Assembly: GCF_006345805.1 (NCBI RefSeq)
Contig: NW_021835176.1
Location: forward strand, 1 to 56,915
Origin: Octopus sinensis
Taxonomy: Eukaryota
Direction: 5' to 3'
Length of the DNA: 56,915 nucleotides
Below, in pieces: positions 12,876-23,931 of the stretch (the first letter of the stretch is position 1; each line of letters opens with the position of its first letter). The notes under the pieces were generated by a model, which saw nothing but the letters and a program-made list of their open reading frames with translations, searched no databases and was not told the origin of the DNA. Both the position numbers and the translations under genes were made by a program.

Positions 12876-13589
12876 ACTGCACTTTTAAAGCTGATTTTTC
12901 TTGAAATCACTTACCATTCTAAATCGTTGCTATGTAAAATGCAATATTGTTTGTTAATGTATTAAAAAATCATTGATTATTTTGTTGAGTACTAAATGAG
13001 GAGAGGAAACGTGGCAGATGAAGTTAGAACATTCGTCGATAAGCCAAAGTTGTCTCTTAGATGTAAATAGCGCAACATCTATGAAGTTGACTGTTTTAAC
13101 GTTCACTAAATCGCTGAATTAAGAGTACTCGTTCCTTAAATGTATTAAATCTTTCTGAACACAGGTTAGTCAAAATCAGAAATTATTTAGAGTTTTAAAG
13201 AAATAACACTTAATACAATGGCTCTAATATCAGTTTAGTCAACTGAATAAAGACGATTTTGATCGTTCAGCTCAGTTCGATACGGAAATATTATTGATCT
13301 TAATGATTAATTTGTATTATTTGCTCACATAAGTTAGTCAGACGAAGAAATATTTCCTGTCGTCGGCAACTCCAATCTATTCAAATGCAAGCAATGCAAT
13401 GCATATAATTGGTAAAACTGTGGCAGAAGGCGTAAGTATGGGCTGCAATGTATAGTTCGAGTGTAAACGAACCTGTTCTTCTTGATAGCGGATTGTATAA
13501 GGCTGGTCATTATCTGGTCGTTAGGTTACCAGACCATTTCTAGTCTGTTTTCGTTTCTTACATTGCCTCAATGTGAATGGACTAAATTT

Positions 13590-13620
<31 letters not shown>

Positions 13621-13769
13621 GTTGTGGCTATTTGCAAAAGTGTCGTAAGTTAAAAACTTAATTTACTCCATATTTACTGAGTATTAATTGAAACAGGTGT
13701 AAGGGATGATGATTAATTTGGTGTTAATTAACAAACAATTATTAATTTCCCAGTCTCCATTTTCTTGCT

Positions 13770-13868
13770 TCTTCGTTCTTCTTCTTCTCTTCTTCTTCTT
13801 CTTCTTCTTCTTCTTCTTCTTCTCTTCTTCTTCTCTTTTCTTCTTCTTCTTCTCTTCTTCTTCTTCTT
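13770..13868. repeat. (CTT)n microsatellite at the broken 3' end of LINE B
   Basis: Direct reading. Confidence 0.9.
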
Positions 13869-13879
13869 TATATATATCT

Positions 13880-16750
13880 ATATGTTAAAGAGAGCGGGGC
13901 CAATGAGGTGATAATTGTGCCGTATTGTTGTTATGAGATGAGAGTGCGATTTTTGTTTTGGGCGGAGGCACGGGGCCCAAGCCTTGGATGTACCTTAAAG
14001 GTGATGCCAACATCATTTGGGCAATGCTGATGGAATATTTTTCCACATCATGCAGATGATGTAGCGCTCACGACGACGTTGGAGAGAATAGAGTTTTAGC
14101 TTTTCTAGTCGACCCCAATAGTCGAGGCCTGTCATGCCATCTATCTTTTTTGTGATTGCCCTTTGAGGTGCTTCAACTTTTATGATACCTTGTATTGTGT
14201 GGGGAGACCACAGTGGACAACAGTATTCAAGGTGGGGTCGGGCAAAAGTGGAGAAGAGAAGGATAATGGTGTGGATATCTCTCGACTGGAAAGTTCTGAG
14301 AATCCAGGAACACATTCTGCGGGCCATGTCAACTTTGGTGTTTATATGAGTGGCCCAGCTTATGTTGTTGTCCACAATTACTCCCAAGTCTCTGATGTTG
14401 TTGGACGCCGCGAGAGTTTCACCTGAAGGAAGGGAGTATGGGAGTTTCAGGGCATCCTCTTTTCCAAAGTGGATTAGCTCAAATTTATCCTCGTTCAGCA
14501 GCATATTGTTTTTTTCTGCCCATTGGATAACAGCCAATAGATCTGACTGAAGGCATGTCCGGTCACTCGCCTCATTTATGACCTTCTGTAGCTTGGAGTC
14601 ATCTGCAAAGATTTTTATGTTGCTGTGCTTGATGATGTCATTAATGTCATTAATGTAAATGATGAAAAGAAGTGGGCCCAGCACAGTGCCTTGCGGAATG
14701 CCACTACTGACTTTGGCTGGGCTTGATTTTACCCCTTCAACTACAACATGTTGAGATCTGTCTGTCAGGAAACACTTGATCCATTTCAGTAACTTTCCAG
14801 AGACACCAATGTTGGATAGTTTTTTCAATAGGATCTTGTGATCGACCCTGTCGAAGGCCTTACTGAAATCAAGGTAGATGACATCGGTGTTGGAGCCCTC
14901 TCCAAAGCTCTCAAAATGTCCTCAAAGTGATGCAGGAGCTGCGTTAGGCAGTCCTTCCATTACGGAACCCATGTTGGTTGGAGATCAGCCGTCTGTTGCT
15001 TTCCAGAAATTGGGTTATTCGAGATCTCACCACCCTCTCAAATACCTTGATGATATGAGAGGTGAGTGAGATCGGACGGTAATTCACTGCAAGGGACTTG
15101 TTTCCCTCTTTGAAAACTGGGACAACAGACTGGGACAGAAGGTGTTTTGGAATATAGCCAGCATCCAGTGAGTTTCTCCACAGATTAGCAAGGGGAGATG
15201 CAAGTTGGTGTCGACACACCTTCAGGACACAAGCAGGGAACCTATCGGGGCCTACTGCTGAATTGTGTTTTATTTCGTTTATCGCCGCTAACACATCAGG
15301 GGCACTAAACGTTATGTCCGATATAGTGTGTTGGGGGTTGACATCACTGATACAGCCCAGATCGGCCATATCAGGATTGCTGAAAACAGAGCAGTATTGT
15401 TTCTGCAGTATTTCGGCCATGGATTTGGCATTATCTTGGAGAGTGCCAGTTTCGTCAATTAGAGGGCCTACAGTGGAGACAGTGACCCTGCGTTTCCTCG
15501 CAAATGAAAAGAACACTTTGGGGTTGAGTTTGATTTTTTCAATGGCCCACTTCTCCTCAGCTGATCTTTGGTTATTGATGAGGGTCTTCATGCATTGTTG
15601 GAGGTTATATTTTTTGGATTCAAGCAGTGCGATAGCCGTCGAATGTGTGTGTTGCTGTTGGCAGTACTTTAGTTTGTAAATTTTTTGTTTGTTCTTTTTA
15701 TTTTTCTGATAATGGTTTTTCTGTTTTGGGGGATTCTGCACTTTTTGTTCACAGGTCTTGGTGGGGAGTGTTTTGCACATATATCTGTGACGGTGTCTAC
15801 AAAGATCTGCCAAGATGTTTTATGGTTGGTGGAGATGTATGTAAAGGACCAGTCAACATGTGATAGCTCGTTCCTGATTGCATCCCAGTTGGCATTATGG
15901 AGATCCATGTTGTCAAATGGGTGGGCTGGAGGAAGGTCACTAGGATTAGCTTTCGGCTGGTGGAATTTCATGTTACAGAGAACCATGTCATGGTCTGAAA
16001 GAAGGGTTTTTTCCACTGTAACGTTATGTATAGTGTTAGTGTGGTTACTAAACACTAGGTCCAAAATGTTCTGATGTCTTGTTGGTGCAAGGACAAGTGG
16101 GACAAGAAAAACTCATTCGTAAAGTCGAAAAGTGACTCTGCTGCTTCTTTGTCAGCGGTTGAGGCGGGAGTGCTTGGTTTCAAACAGTTTGTAGTCCAGT
16201 CAACACAGGGTAGATTGAAGTCTCCCATCATGAGTATGTTGCTAGAATGGCACTGTTGAATAAAGCACTTAATGCTGTTGAGGCATTCTTTAAAGCACAG
16301 TATGGGTGTTTGGGGCGGCCTATAGAGCCCAATTACTGTCAGGTCATTGGCTTTGTTGTGCACGGTGACTGATTCACAGTAGCCGTTAGAGAGATATACT
16401 ATTTCCATCTGCCGTAAATGAATCATGCAGGAAAATGGCAGTTCCACCCCTCCTCCTGCCGATACGATCCGCGCGGATGGTTGTGAAATTCTTCACTCTC
16501 ACTTCGGCTTCCAAGTGGGAGTTGTCAAGGTGGGTCTCAGTGAGAATGAAGAAAGGGATGTGGTGTGAATGGTTACCAACCCAGTCTTCAATGAATTGGA
16601 CCTTCCATTTTTGTGCATTGATGGAAGGGCTGACACCTTGTGCATTGAGTAGGAATGTGGAGGTTAGTGTAGTGGCTGGTTTTGACTGTTGCAGGGGGCT
16701 TGGATTTTTTGTGTGTGTTAGTGGCAGCAATGTGGGGAATTGGTGCACTG
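13880..16750 (-). pseudogene. LINE B ORF2 (APE endonuclease plus reverse transcriptase), frameshifted into at least 5 pieces
   Basis: ORF-track pieces 16386-16748, 16055-16447, 15669-16064, 14944-15813 and 14013-14828 are collinear with APE-RT domain order. Confidence 0.92.
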
Positions 16751-17947
16751 GGGTAATAGCATAGGATGGTGTTGAGTGATGGCTAGAATGTTTTGTGTAT
16801 CTCTTCTGCCATGTTCAACATGGCTAAAAAAGAATTTTCCTGCTTAGGGAGCAGTTTTTGGCTGGAGGTGTGGTTGCACTGTTGGATAGGGCTGTAGTTT
16901 CCACTTTTGTTGTTGTTGTTTTTGTGTCTTCCTGAAAAGACTGGACCAGCATTACTGCAGCATGGTGTGTTTCTATTTTTATTTTATTCAGGTTTGGTGT
17001 TGGCTTGAAGCCCCGTTTCTGTTTGGCGTCGGGTCCCTGGAAGATGAGTGAGGGACAGTCACTCAGCAGACATGTTCTCTCACGTTGGGAATACCGGCAG
17101 ATTTTGGGACTCCGAGTTGTGTGTGTTTTGAATTTCGATTTACTATTTGGTGGTGTTGATGTTATTGTGGGTGCGTGCTTTGGCCTGGCCGGTAGTGCGT
17201 CTAGTGCCGGGTAGATGCGTGAAGATGCAGTCACTATTTGTGCAGAGTCTCTGGCGCAGTGAATAGCGGCATATTTGGGGATTTCTTGTTTGTGCCGTGG
17301 GGGGCGCATTCTGCTTCCTATGTTTCTTTAAGTTTTTGTTACTGCGTAGTATTGAGGTGGTGATGTGGGGGAAGAGGGCAGTGGTTTCTTATTTGGTTTT
17401 CTGTTGGTATTTTTGGTGATAGAAGACGATGGTGGCAGCGGTGGTGATGATGATGATGATAATTGTGGTGGTTGCCGTGAGAGCGGTGAAAAGATACTGG
17501 CATTTAGTGAATCATCTAGTAAGCTAGAGTTGAGGAGTGGCTGTTGTTGTTCTTGTTGCTGTGGCTGTTGTTGTTGTTGTTGTGCTTGACCGATGTTAGG
17601 GTCAGCCATTGTGCTGGGAACCAGGAGTGGCTCATTCTGTTGTTGTTGTTGTTGTTGTTGTTGTGGCTGCTGATTTTCTAGCTGTTGCTGTTCTTGAACT
17701 GTGAAAATATGAAGAAGCTTTTCATAATGGCCTTTTGTCAGTTTGAAAGATACTTCGATATGTTTCAGTTTGCTACGAATCTGTTTGACGGATCGTGTGT
17801 TGACCACTTGTGATGTTTTTTCGGCAATCTCATTCAAACACAAACATTTAGATTTTCTGTTTGGGAAAGAGAGAGCCATGTGTTTATTAAAACATCAATT
17901 TCGTTATCAGACCAATTTCGTCTGTTGCAGGCCTGCAAGTTAGTCAT
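16720..17947 (-). pseudogene. LINE B ORF1: Myb/SANT-like domain, polyQ/Pro linker, two CCCH zinc fingers
   Basis: MTNLQACNRRNWSDNEIDVLINTWLSLSQTENLNVCV / NEIAEKTSQVVNTRSVKQIRSKLKHIE; ICRYSLRQRLCTNSDCIFTHLPGTRR (17197-17280); ICRYSQRERTCLLSDCP/THLPGTRR (17026-17108). Confidence 0.8.
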
Positions 17948-18269
17948 GTTTGTTTTTCTTTTGTTTGTTTTCCTTTTGATTTTTGAAAATATATATATTC
18001 TTTCTTGGGAGTTAAAGAAGTGTATATATATATAAATGTTCTCTCTTAGGGTGTGAGTTTTTGATTATTTGGTTGTTTGAGGATATTAAAAGAAAAACAG
18101 GTGTATATAACAATTTGTAGTTAAATGAAAACGTACTTACGGGTTTGTAGGTAAACACGTGGTTACAAATATATATATATTTAAGGTCAGTTAAGTTTTG
18201 AAGCTGTGTAGCTTGCTACTGACTTGGGAGAGAAACAAATAGACGTCCGTCCACTTCAACAGTTAATCC

Positions 18270-18322
18270 AACATATATATCTATATATATATATCTATAT
18301 ATATCTAATATATATATATCTA

Positions 18323-18376
<54 letters not shown>

Positions 18377-18438
18377 ATATATATATCTATATATTATATG
18401 TATGTATGTTATATATATATATGTATGTATGTTATATA

Positions 18439-18473
<35 letters not shown>

Positions 18474-18474
18474 G

Positions 18475-18509
<35 letters not shown>

Positions 18510-18546
18510 TTATGTATGTATGTATGTATGTATTTATGTATGTATG

Positions 18547-18592
<46 letters not shown>

Positions 18593-18625
18593 TGTATGTA
18601 TGTATGTATGTATGTATGTATGTAT
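18270..18625. repeat. Compound (AT)n/(TATG)n microsatellite
   Basis: Direct reading. Confidence 0.95.
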
Positions 18626-18755
18626 TATAAAAGTGTTTGCCTTTCTGTCAAGTTTAGAAAGACTTTAATATTAAGCAGAAGGATTAATGAATACTGCTTT
18701 GAAGATCCCATATTCAATATTACATTCGAAGTTTCGGTTTGCTCGCCTTCAACCC

Positions 18756-18801
18756 GACTGTCTGATGAAGGCAAGTAAGCCCAAACTTCGAAGTCACAGT
18801 T
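18756..18801 (+). ncRNA. Type I minimal hammerhead ribozyme-like motif (G12 mutated to C)
   Basis: GACTGT-CTGATGA-A-GGC(AAGTAA)GCC-CAAAC-TTCGAA-GTC-ACAGTT. Stem I is ACTGT/ACAGT, stem II is GGC/GCC, stem III is palindromic, and the cleavage triplet is GUC. Confidence 0.7.
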
Positions 18802-19053
18802 AGCATTTTAACTGTAAAAGTTGATATAAATATAGTTACTCGTGTGTCTAATGAACACACACATTTGTTATATTTATGATATCTAGCTATCTATATACAT
18901 ACATGACATGAATACTTACATGCATGCATACATACATACATACACGAATGCATACGTATATACAGACATGCATACATCCATATATATACATATATATAAA
19001 TATATAATATATATATATATATACAATACATATATATAATATATATATACATA

Positions 19054-19107
<54 letters not shown>

Positions 19108-19545
19108 TATATTATATTCATATACACATGTATAAATATATTTTTATTAGTGTCTTCTAGCTATCTAATTATCTTACACTTAAGACATTTAGGCGAGTGA
19201 GTACACAGAGGAGGCTCCAGTCATCTTCTAGATATTATGATACTCTTGTCGGTAAGCTCTTACATATACGTATAATCTAGTTAAGAGTTTATCTCCCATC
19301 TCACGCGAATTCTATCCCTCCTCTGAATGTGCGTATATGGGACAGACGTGTGACCACAATCAGTAGGAAGCGCCAAGCCTAGTTTATTATTTATTTTTTT
19401 GTACTATATAAAGATAGATTTGTCAAGCATTCATGCGTGTTACTGCTTTTTACACGCTAAAACCTATTGCGTTACAAGATTTAGCTATTTTCTTTTGTTT
19501 GATATAATTTATTTACTTGTGTTTGTTATATTCGAATGGCATTAG

Positions 19546-19562
19546 CAATAATAATAATGATG

Positions 19563-19611
<49 letters not shown>

Positions 19612-19650
19612 TGATGACGATGACGATGACGATGATGATGATGATGATGA
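19546..19650. repeat. (AAT)n-(GAT/GAC)n microsatellite forming the tail side of the adjacent SINE
   Basis: Direct reading. Confidence 0.9.
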
Positions 19651-19867
19651 TTTTTTCTACTCTAGGCACAAGGCCCGAAATTTTGGCGGAGGGGCCCAGT
19701 CGATTAGATCGACCCCAGTACGCAAACTGGTACTTAATTCATCGACCCCGAAAGGATGAAAGGTAAAGTCAACCTCGGCGGAATTTGAACTCAGAACGTA
19801 AAGACGGATGAAATGCTGGTAAGCATCTCGTCCGGCGTGCTTAACGATTCAGCCAGCTCGCCGCCTT
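19651..19867 (-). mobile_element. tRNA-type SINE family A
   Basis: Head GGCGAGCTGGC..., B-box-like GAGTTCAAATTCC, core CCTTTCATCCTTTCGGGGTCGA, tail GTGCCTAGAGTAGAAAA; the family recurs many times in the window. Confidence 0.88.
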
Positions 19868-19868
19868 G

Positions 19869-21272
19869 TCAGGACAGAAGGCATATGGTTCCCAAGTGGT
19901 GAAATGATGAAGGCAATTCAACCTCAATCCAACTATAAATACCTGGGAATATTTGAGGCACATGGACATGACGGAAAAGACAAAAATATAGTACCTGTGG
20001 CGAGTGAGAAAAATACTGGCCTCAAAGCTGAATGCCAGAAACATAATTTCAGCAATAAACTCGCGCGCAGCCGCAGTAGTTCGGTATGGGGCTGGAATTT
20101 TGAAGTGGACAGTGGAGGAGCTAAAGGAGATGGACAGGAAGTCAAGAAAACTCCTAACGATGCATGGAACCCATCATCCACGTGCAGACACTGATCGCCC
20201 TAAAGAGAGCAAATGGAGGAAGAGGACTGGTAAGTGTGGAAGACTGCGTGGGTAACGAACTCGAGTGCTTAAGGAGATACCTAACCCAAAGTAAAGAAAC
20301 CTTGTTAGTGACAGTTAGGAACGAGGGAATATTGAAAGCAGAGAAAAACAAAAGAAGTACCAAATGGACATGAGGAAGAATTACGCAAGAAGGGACTACA
20401 CAAAAAATTCCATATAGCCACAACAGATGTTGCTGGAAAATATGTGTGGGATTGGCTGAAGAAAGGAATACTAAGAAAGAGACCAAGAGCATCATACTGA
20501 CAGCACAAGACCAAGCTTTGGCCACGACCTGGAAGGTCAACCTTAGGAATGAGCAAGTGTCTCCGCTGTGCCGCATCTGCAAGAGAGTGGAAGAAACCGT
20601 TGCCCATATAATCGAAGGACTGCCCTGGACTTTCCCAAAACCACTACAAGTTGTGGCGACACGATCAGGTAGCGAAAGTGCTACATTGGAAACTGCGAAA
20701 TGTGTGTGTGTGTGTGTGGGGGGGGGGGCTAGAGAGAAGTAAAACCGCAGAGAATAGCAGAGTCGGAGACTAGCAAAATCTTCTGGGATTTCTCAATCCA
20801 AATACATCAAGTGCTAGAGCATAACAGACCGGACCTAGTGGTGGTGGACAAGGTGCACCACATATGCTGTATAGTTGATGTTGCATGCCTCTTTGACCAA
20901 CTAGTAGCCAAGAAGGAAAACGAAAAGATAGATAGATACAACCCTTTTAAGTACGAAATAGCCCGGCTATGGAAAATGAAGAAGGTGAAGATAGTGCCGA
21001 TTATTGTTGGATCTTTGGGAACAGTATCAGAAGGCATCAAGGGAAGTATAAAGGAAATTGGAATATTATCCCCTGTAGAGTGTTAAAAATGGTTTGCCTC
21101 CTTAGCACTGTCAGAATAATCAGGAAGGTATTAGATAGCTGAAAAGAACGGATAGCATGGTACCGTAGGCTGCATGTAACAAGCCCGCTACGCATGTAAG
21201 ACTCCAGGAGTTCCAACAAAACCTGTGATAAAGAGAAATAATAATAATAATAATAATAATAGTAATAATAAT
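19869..21272 (+). mobile_element. R4/Dong-like non-LTR retrotransposon, 3' part (RT end, CCHC knuckle, RLE endonuclease, (AAT)n tail)
   Basis: YKYLGIFE, ILASKLNARNIISAIN, GGRGLVSVEDC, LTAQDQALAT, CRICKRVEETVAHII, HNRPDLVVVDK..IVDVAC, VPIIVGSLG; stop ~21142; (AAT)n at 21237-21272. Confidence 0.9.
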
Positions 21273-21289
21273 AGCATGCCTAAACATAA

Positions 21290-22310
21290 TCTGGAAGATA
21301 CTCACTAGAATATATGCGGCAAAAACATATACTTTCCTGGCACAGGAAGAAATACTACCAAGGGAACAAAAAGGATGTAGGGAGAGTTCTCAGTGTGCCA
21401 AGGATGGCCTGGTCATCGATAAAACAGTTTTGAAGCATTGTAAAAAACATCATACAAACATGTCTAAGGCTTGGATTGACTTTAAGAAGGCATATGATAT
21501 AATCCCTCATTCTTGGATTGTTGAGTACCTGCAGATGTTTGGTGTTGCTGAAAACATCACAAATTTTCTGATGCATAGCATGAAAGAGTGGAAAACCAAA
21601 TTGTACTCAAGTAATGTATTCCTTGGAGAAATTAATATTAAAAGGGAAATTCTCCAAGGTGACTCGTTTTCTCCACTACTTTTTGTAATTGCACTAATAC
21701 CCATAACAATAACACTTAGGAAAGTTAAGATGGGTTACCGATGTGGGAAGAAAGGCCCATCATTGAACCAGTGTATCTTCATTGGCTCTTATGCTGTAAA
21801 TACCAATATGAAGTAACAGAGAACTGGTATAACCAAAGTTATGCAGGAGGATGGAAAAGTAACGATACTCTGGGACTATGATTTTCAGACGGATCGTGTA
21901 ATCGAACACCGATGGCCGGATATTGTCATATTGAATAAGAGAGACAAATACTGTCAGATCATTGATGTAGCCATACCAAATGACATGAATGTTGTGGGCA
22001 AAGGGGTTGAAAAAATACCCAAGTACTCCGAATTGAAAGTGGAAATGACAAGACTATGGAATGCGAGAGGGTAATGTAAAAGTGATACCAGTGGTGATCG
22101 GAGCGTTAATCTCATTGAAAATTCAAAACTTCTTAAGGTAACTGGAAATCCCATGCAAGATTGATGTCTTGCAAAAAGCAGCCTTATTGGGCACAGTGCA
22201 CGTCTTAAGGAAAGTACCAGTCTGAGGTCCTTGTGAATTCACAGATGACTAAAGACTCTGGTGCATTTTTATCTACTCTGTGTTATGAAGGAATAATAAT
22301 AATATTAATG
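21290..22310 (+). mobile_element. Second, divergent R4/Dong-like element with a large internal deletion
   Basis: AWIDFKKAYDIIPHSW and ILQGDSFSPLLF jump at ~21773 to VYLHWLLCCKY; then ILWDYDFQTDRVIEHRWPDIVI..IIDVAIP and LQKAALLGT; (AAT)n tail ~22291. Confidence 0.88.
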
Positions 22311-22334
22311 ATTCAACATGTGACCTCGTGAGCA

Positions 22335-22520
22335 CCGCCAGCGATTTTATTTCCTCTGTCTTCCCTTCTCGGGATCTTTCCTTCTCCTTTGTTTCCGACG
22401 AAGAGCTCCGCTCGAAACGTTAAACCCTCCTTCCCTTCTTTCCTGAGCGTCCAATAATACTTTATTTGTTCCACGTCCTCGCGTTGCTGTGTTTTTTTGT
22501 GTTTTCTTGTTTGATTAACT
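22335..22520 (+). mobile_element. Penelope pLTR-like non-autonomous repeat with a hammerhead-like motif (22391-22426)
   Basis: GTTT-CCGACGA-A-GAGC(TCC)GCTC-GAAAC-GTT-AAAC; the downstream CCTGAGCG motif is shared with the copies at ~37.2, ~44.2 and ~52.7 kb. Confidence 0.6.
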
Positions 22521-23165
22521 ATATATATATACATGTGTGTGTGTGTGAAAAGAGAAAAATAAAGAAGGAATGAAAGTAAAGGCTCCACTAAGAATCGAAC
22601 CCGTGTTCCTACTTCCTATCCACAACCCAGTTCAATTATCTTCGCACACGGTTGGGCACACACTGACACCCACTCACCCACACACTCACATACGCACGCA
22701 CACACATGTACGCACGCACGTATAACCTATCGCATCATCCCACACACGGTAATAGATAATACAATACACGTCCGTCTATAACAATCTATCTTTTAACTAT
22801 TATGTCTTTAGCCTTTGCTCTTTCTGAATTGACAACATCACTTTCTGTCTGTCGCCTGGTGTAGTCTTACCTATGGCTCGGATCTCGAGACGTTATTAGC
22901 TACAAACACATTAAACAGGCGGCGCAATGCAGCTTATTTCCAGAAGTGTTAATAGATATTTGTCACGGCAAACCGGCAAACCTTGTCTTCCACCTGGTTT
23001 TCGCTTTCCCTCTCTCTCTCTCTTCTCCTCCTCATCTCCTCTCTCCTCTCCTCTCTCCTCTCTCCTCTCTCTCTCTCTCTCTCTCTCCTCTCTCTCCCTC
23101 TCTCCTCTCTCTATTGTATATTATATATATATATACATATACATACACACACACACACCCACACA

Positions 23166-23202
<37 letters not shown>

Positions 23203-23614
23203 CATATATACATACATACATGCATATATATATATATATATATAATATATATATAGAGAGAGAGGAGAGAGAGAGAGAGAGGGAGAGAGAGAGATACGCA
23301 CTTATATAAATTTATGTATATATAATATTTATATATATATACATACATTTCTATATGTGTGTGTGTATATATATATAATATCATATATCTATATCCTCAC
23401 TATATATATGTATATATATATGTAAGTATGTATGTATGTATGTATATATTATATACATACATACATACATACATACATAATATATATATATATATACATT
23501 TATATATTGTGTATCTATATATATACATTTTATATGGTGTATATATATATATATACATTTATTAGTGTATATATTATAATATACATATATATCATATATC
23601 TATATCTATATCCA

Positions 23615-23650
<36 letters not shown>

Positions 23651-23774
23651 TATTATGTTATATACATATATGTATAATATACATATATATGTATAATATA
23701 TGATGTATGTATAATATATATGTATATATATAATATATATGTATATGTGTATGTGTGTGTATAACTATATATAT

Positions 23775-23931
23775 TCTTTTATTCGTTTATTGGTTTCAAA
23801 CAAATTGACCCCCAGGACCTATTCTTTGTAAGCCTAGTACTTATTCTATCGGTCTCTTTTGCCGAACCGCTAATGCTACGGAAGCGTAAACACACCAGCA
23901 TCGGTTGTCAAGTGATGGTGGGGGACAAACC
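23775..23931 (-). mobile_element. SINE family B, 3' half, abutting (TACA)n
   Basis: Reverse complement of the 3' half of the full copy at 53253-53670. Confidence 0.85.

Larger units (their letters stand above)
13880..18230 (-). mobile_element. Near full-length LINE copy B (5' UTR, ORF1, APE, RT); 3' end clipped
   Basis: ORF1 ATG at 17947. APE motifs: FLLNAQG, LTETHL, IRADR..GGTAIF, LYRPP, MGDFNLP, DLVFSN, LSDHD. RT motifs: NYRPISLTS, QHGFR, GIPQGTVLGPLLF, IFADDSKL, RDLGVIVD, LEYCCPLWSP, LQRRRERY. The 5' boundary is approximate. Confidence 0.93.

Noticed and set aside
20700-20730. (TG)n plus G-run inside the R4-like coding region
   Set aside because: Post-insertion microsatellite expansion; no functional implication.
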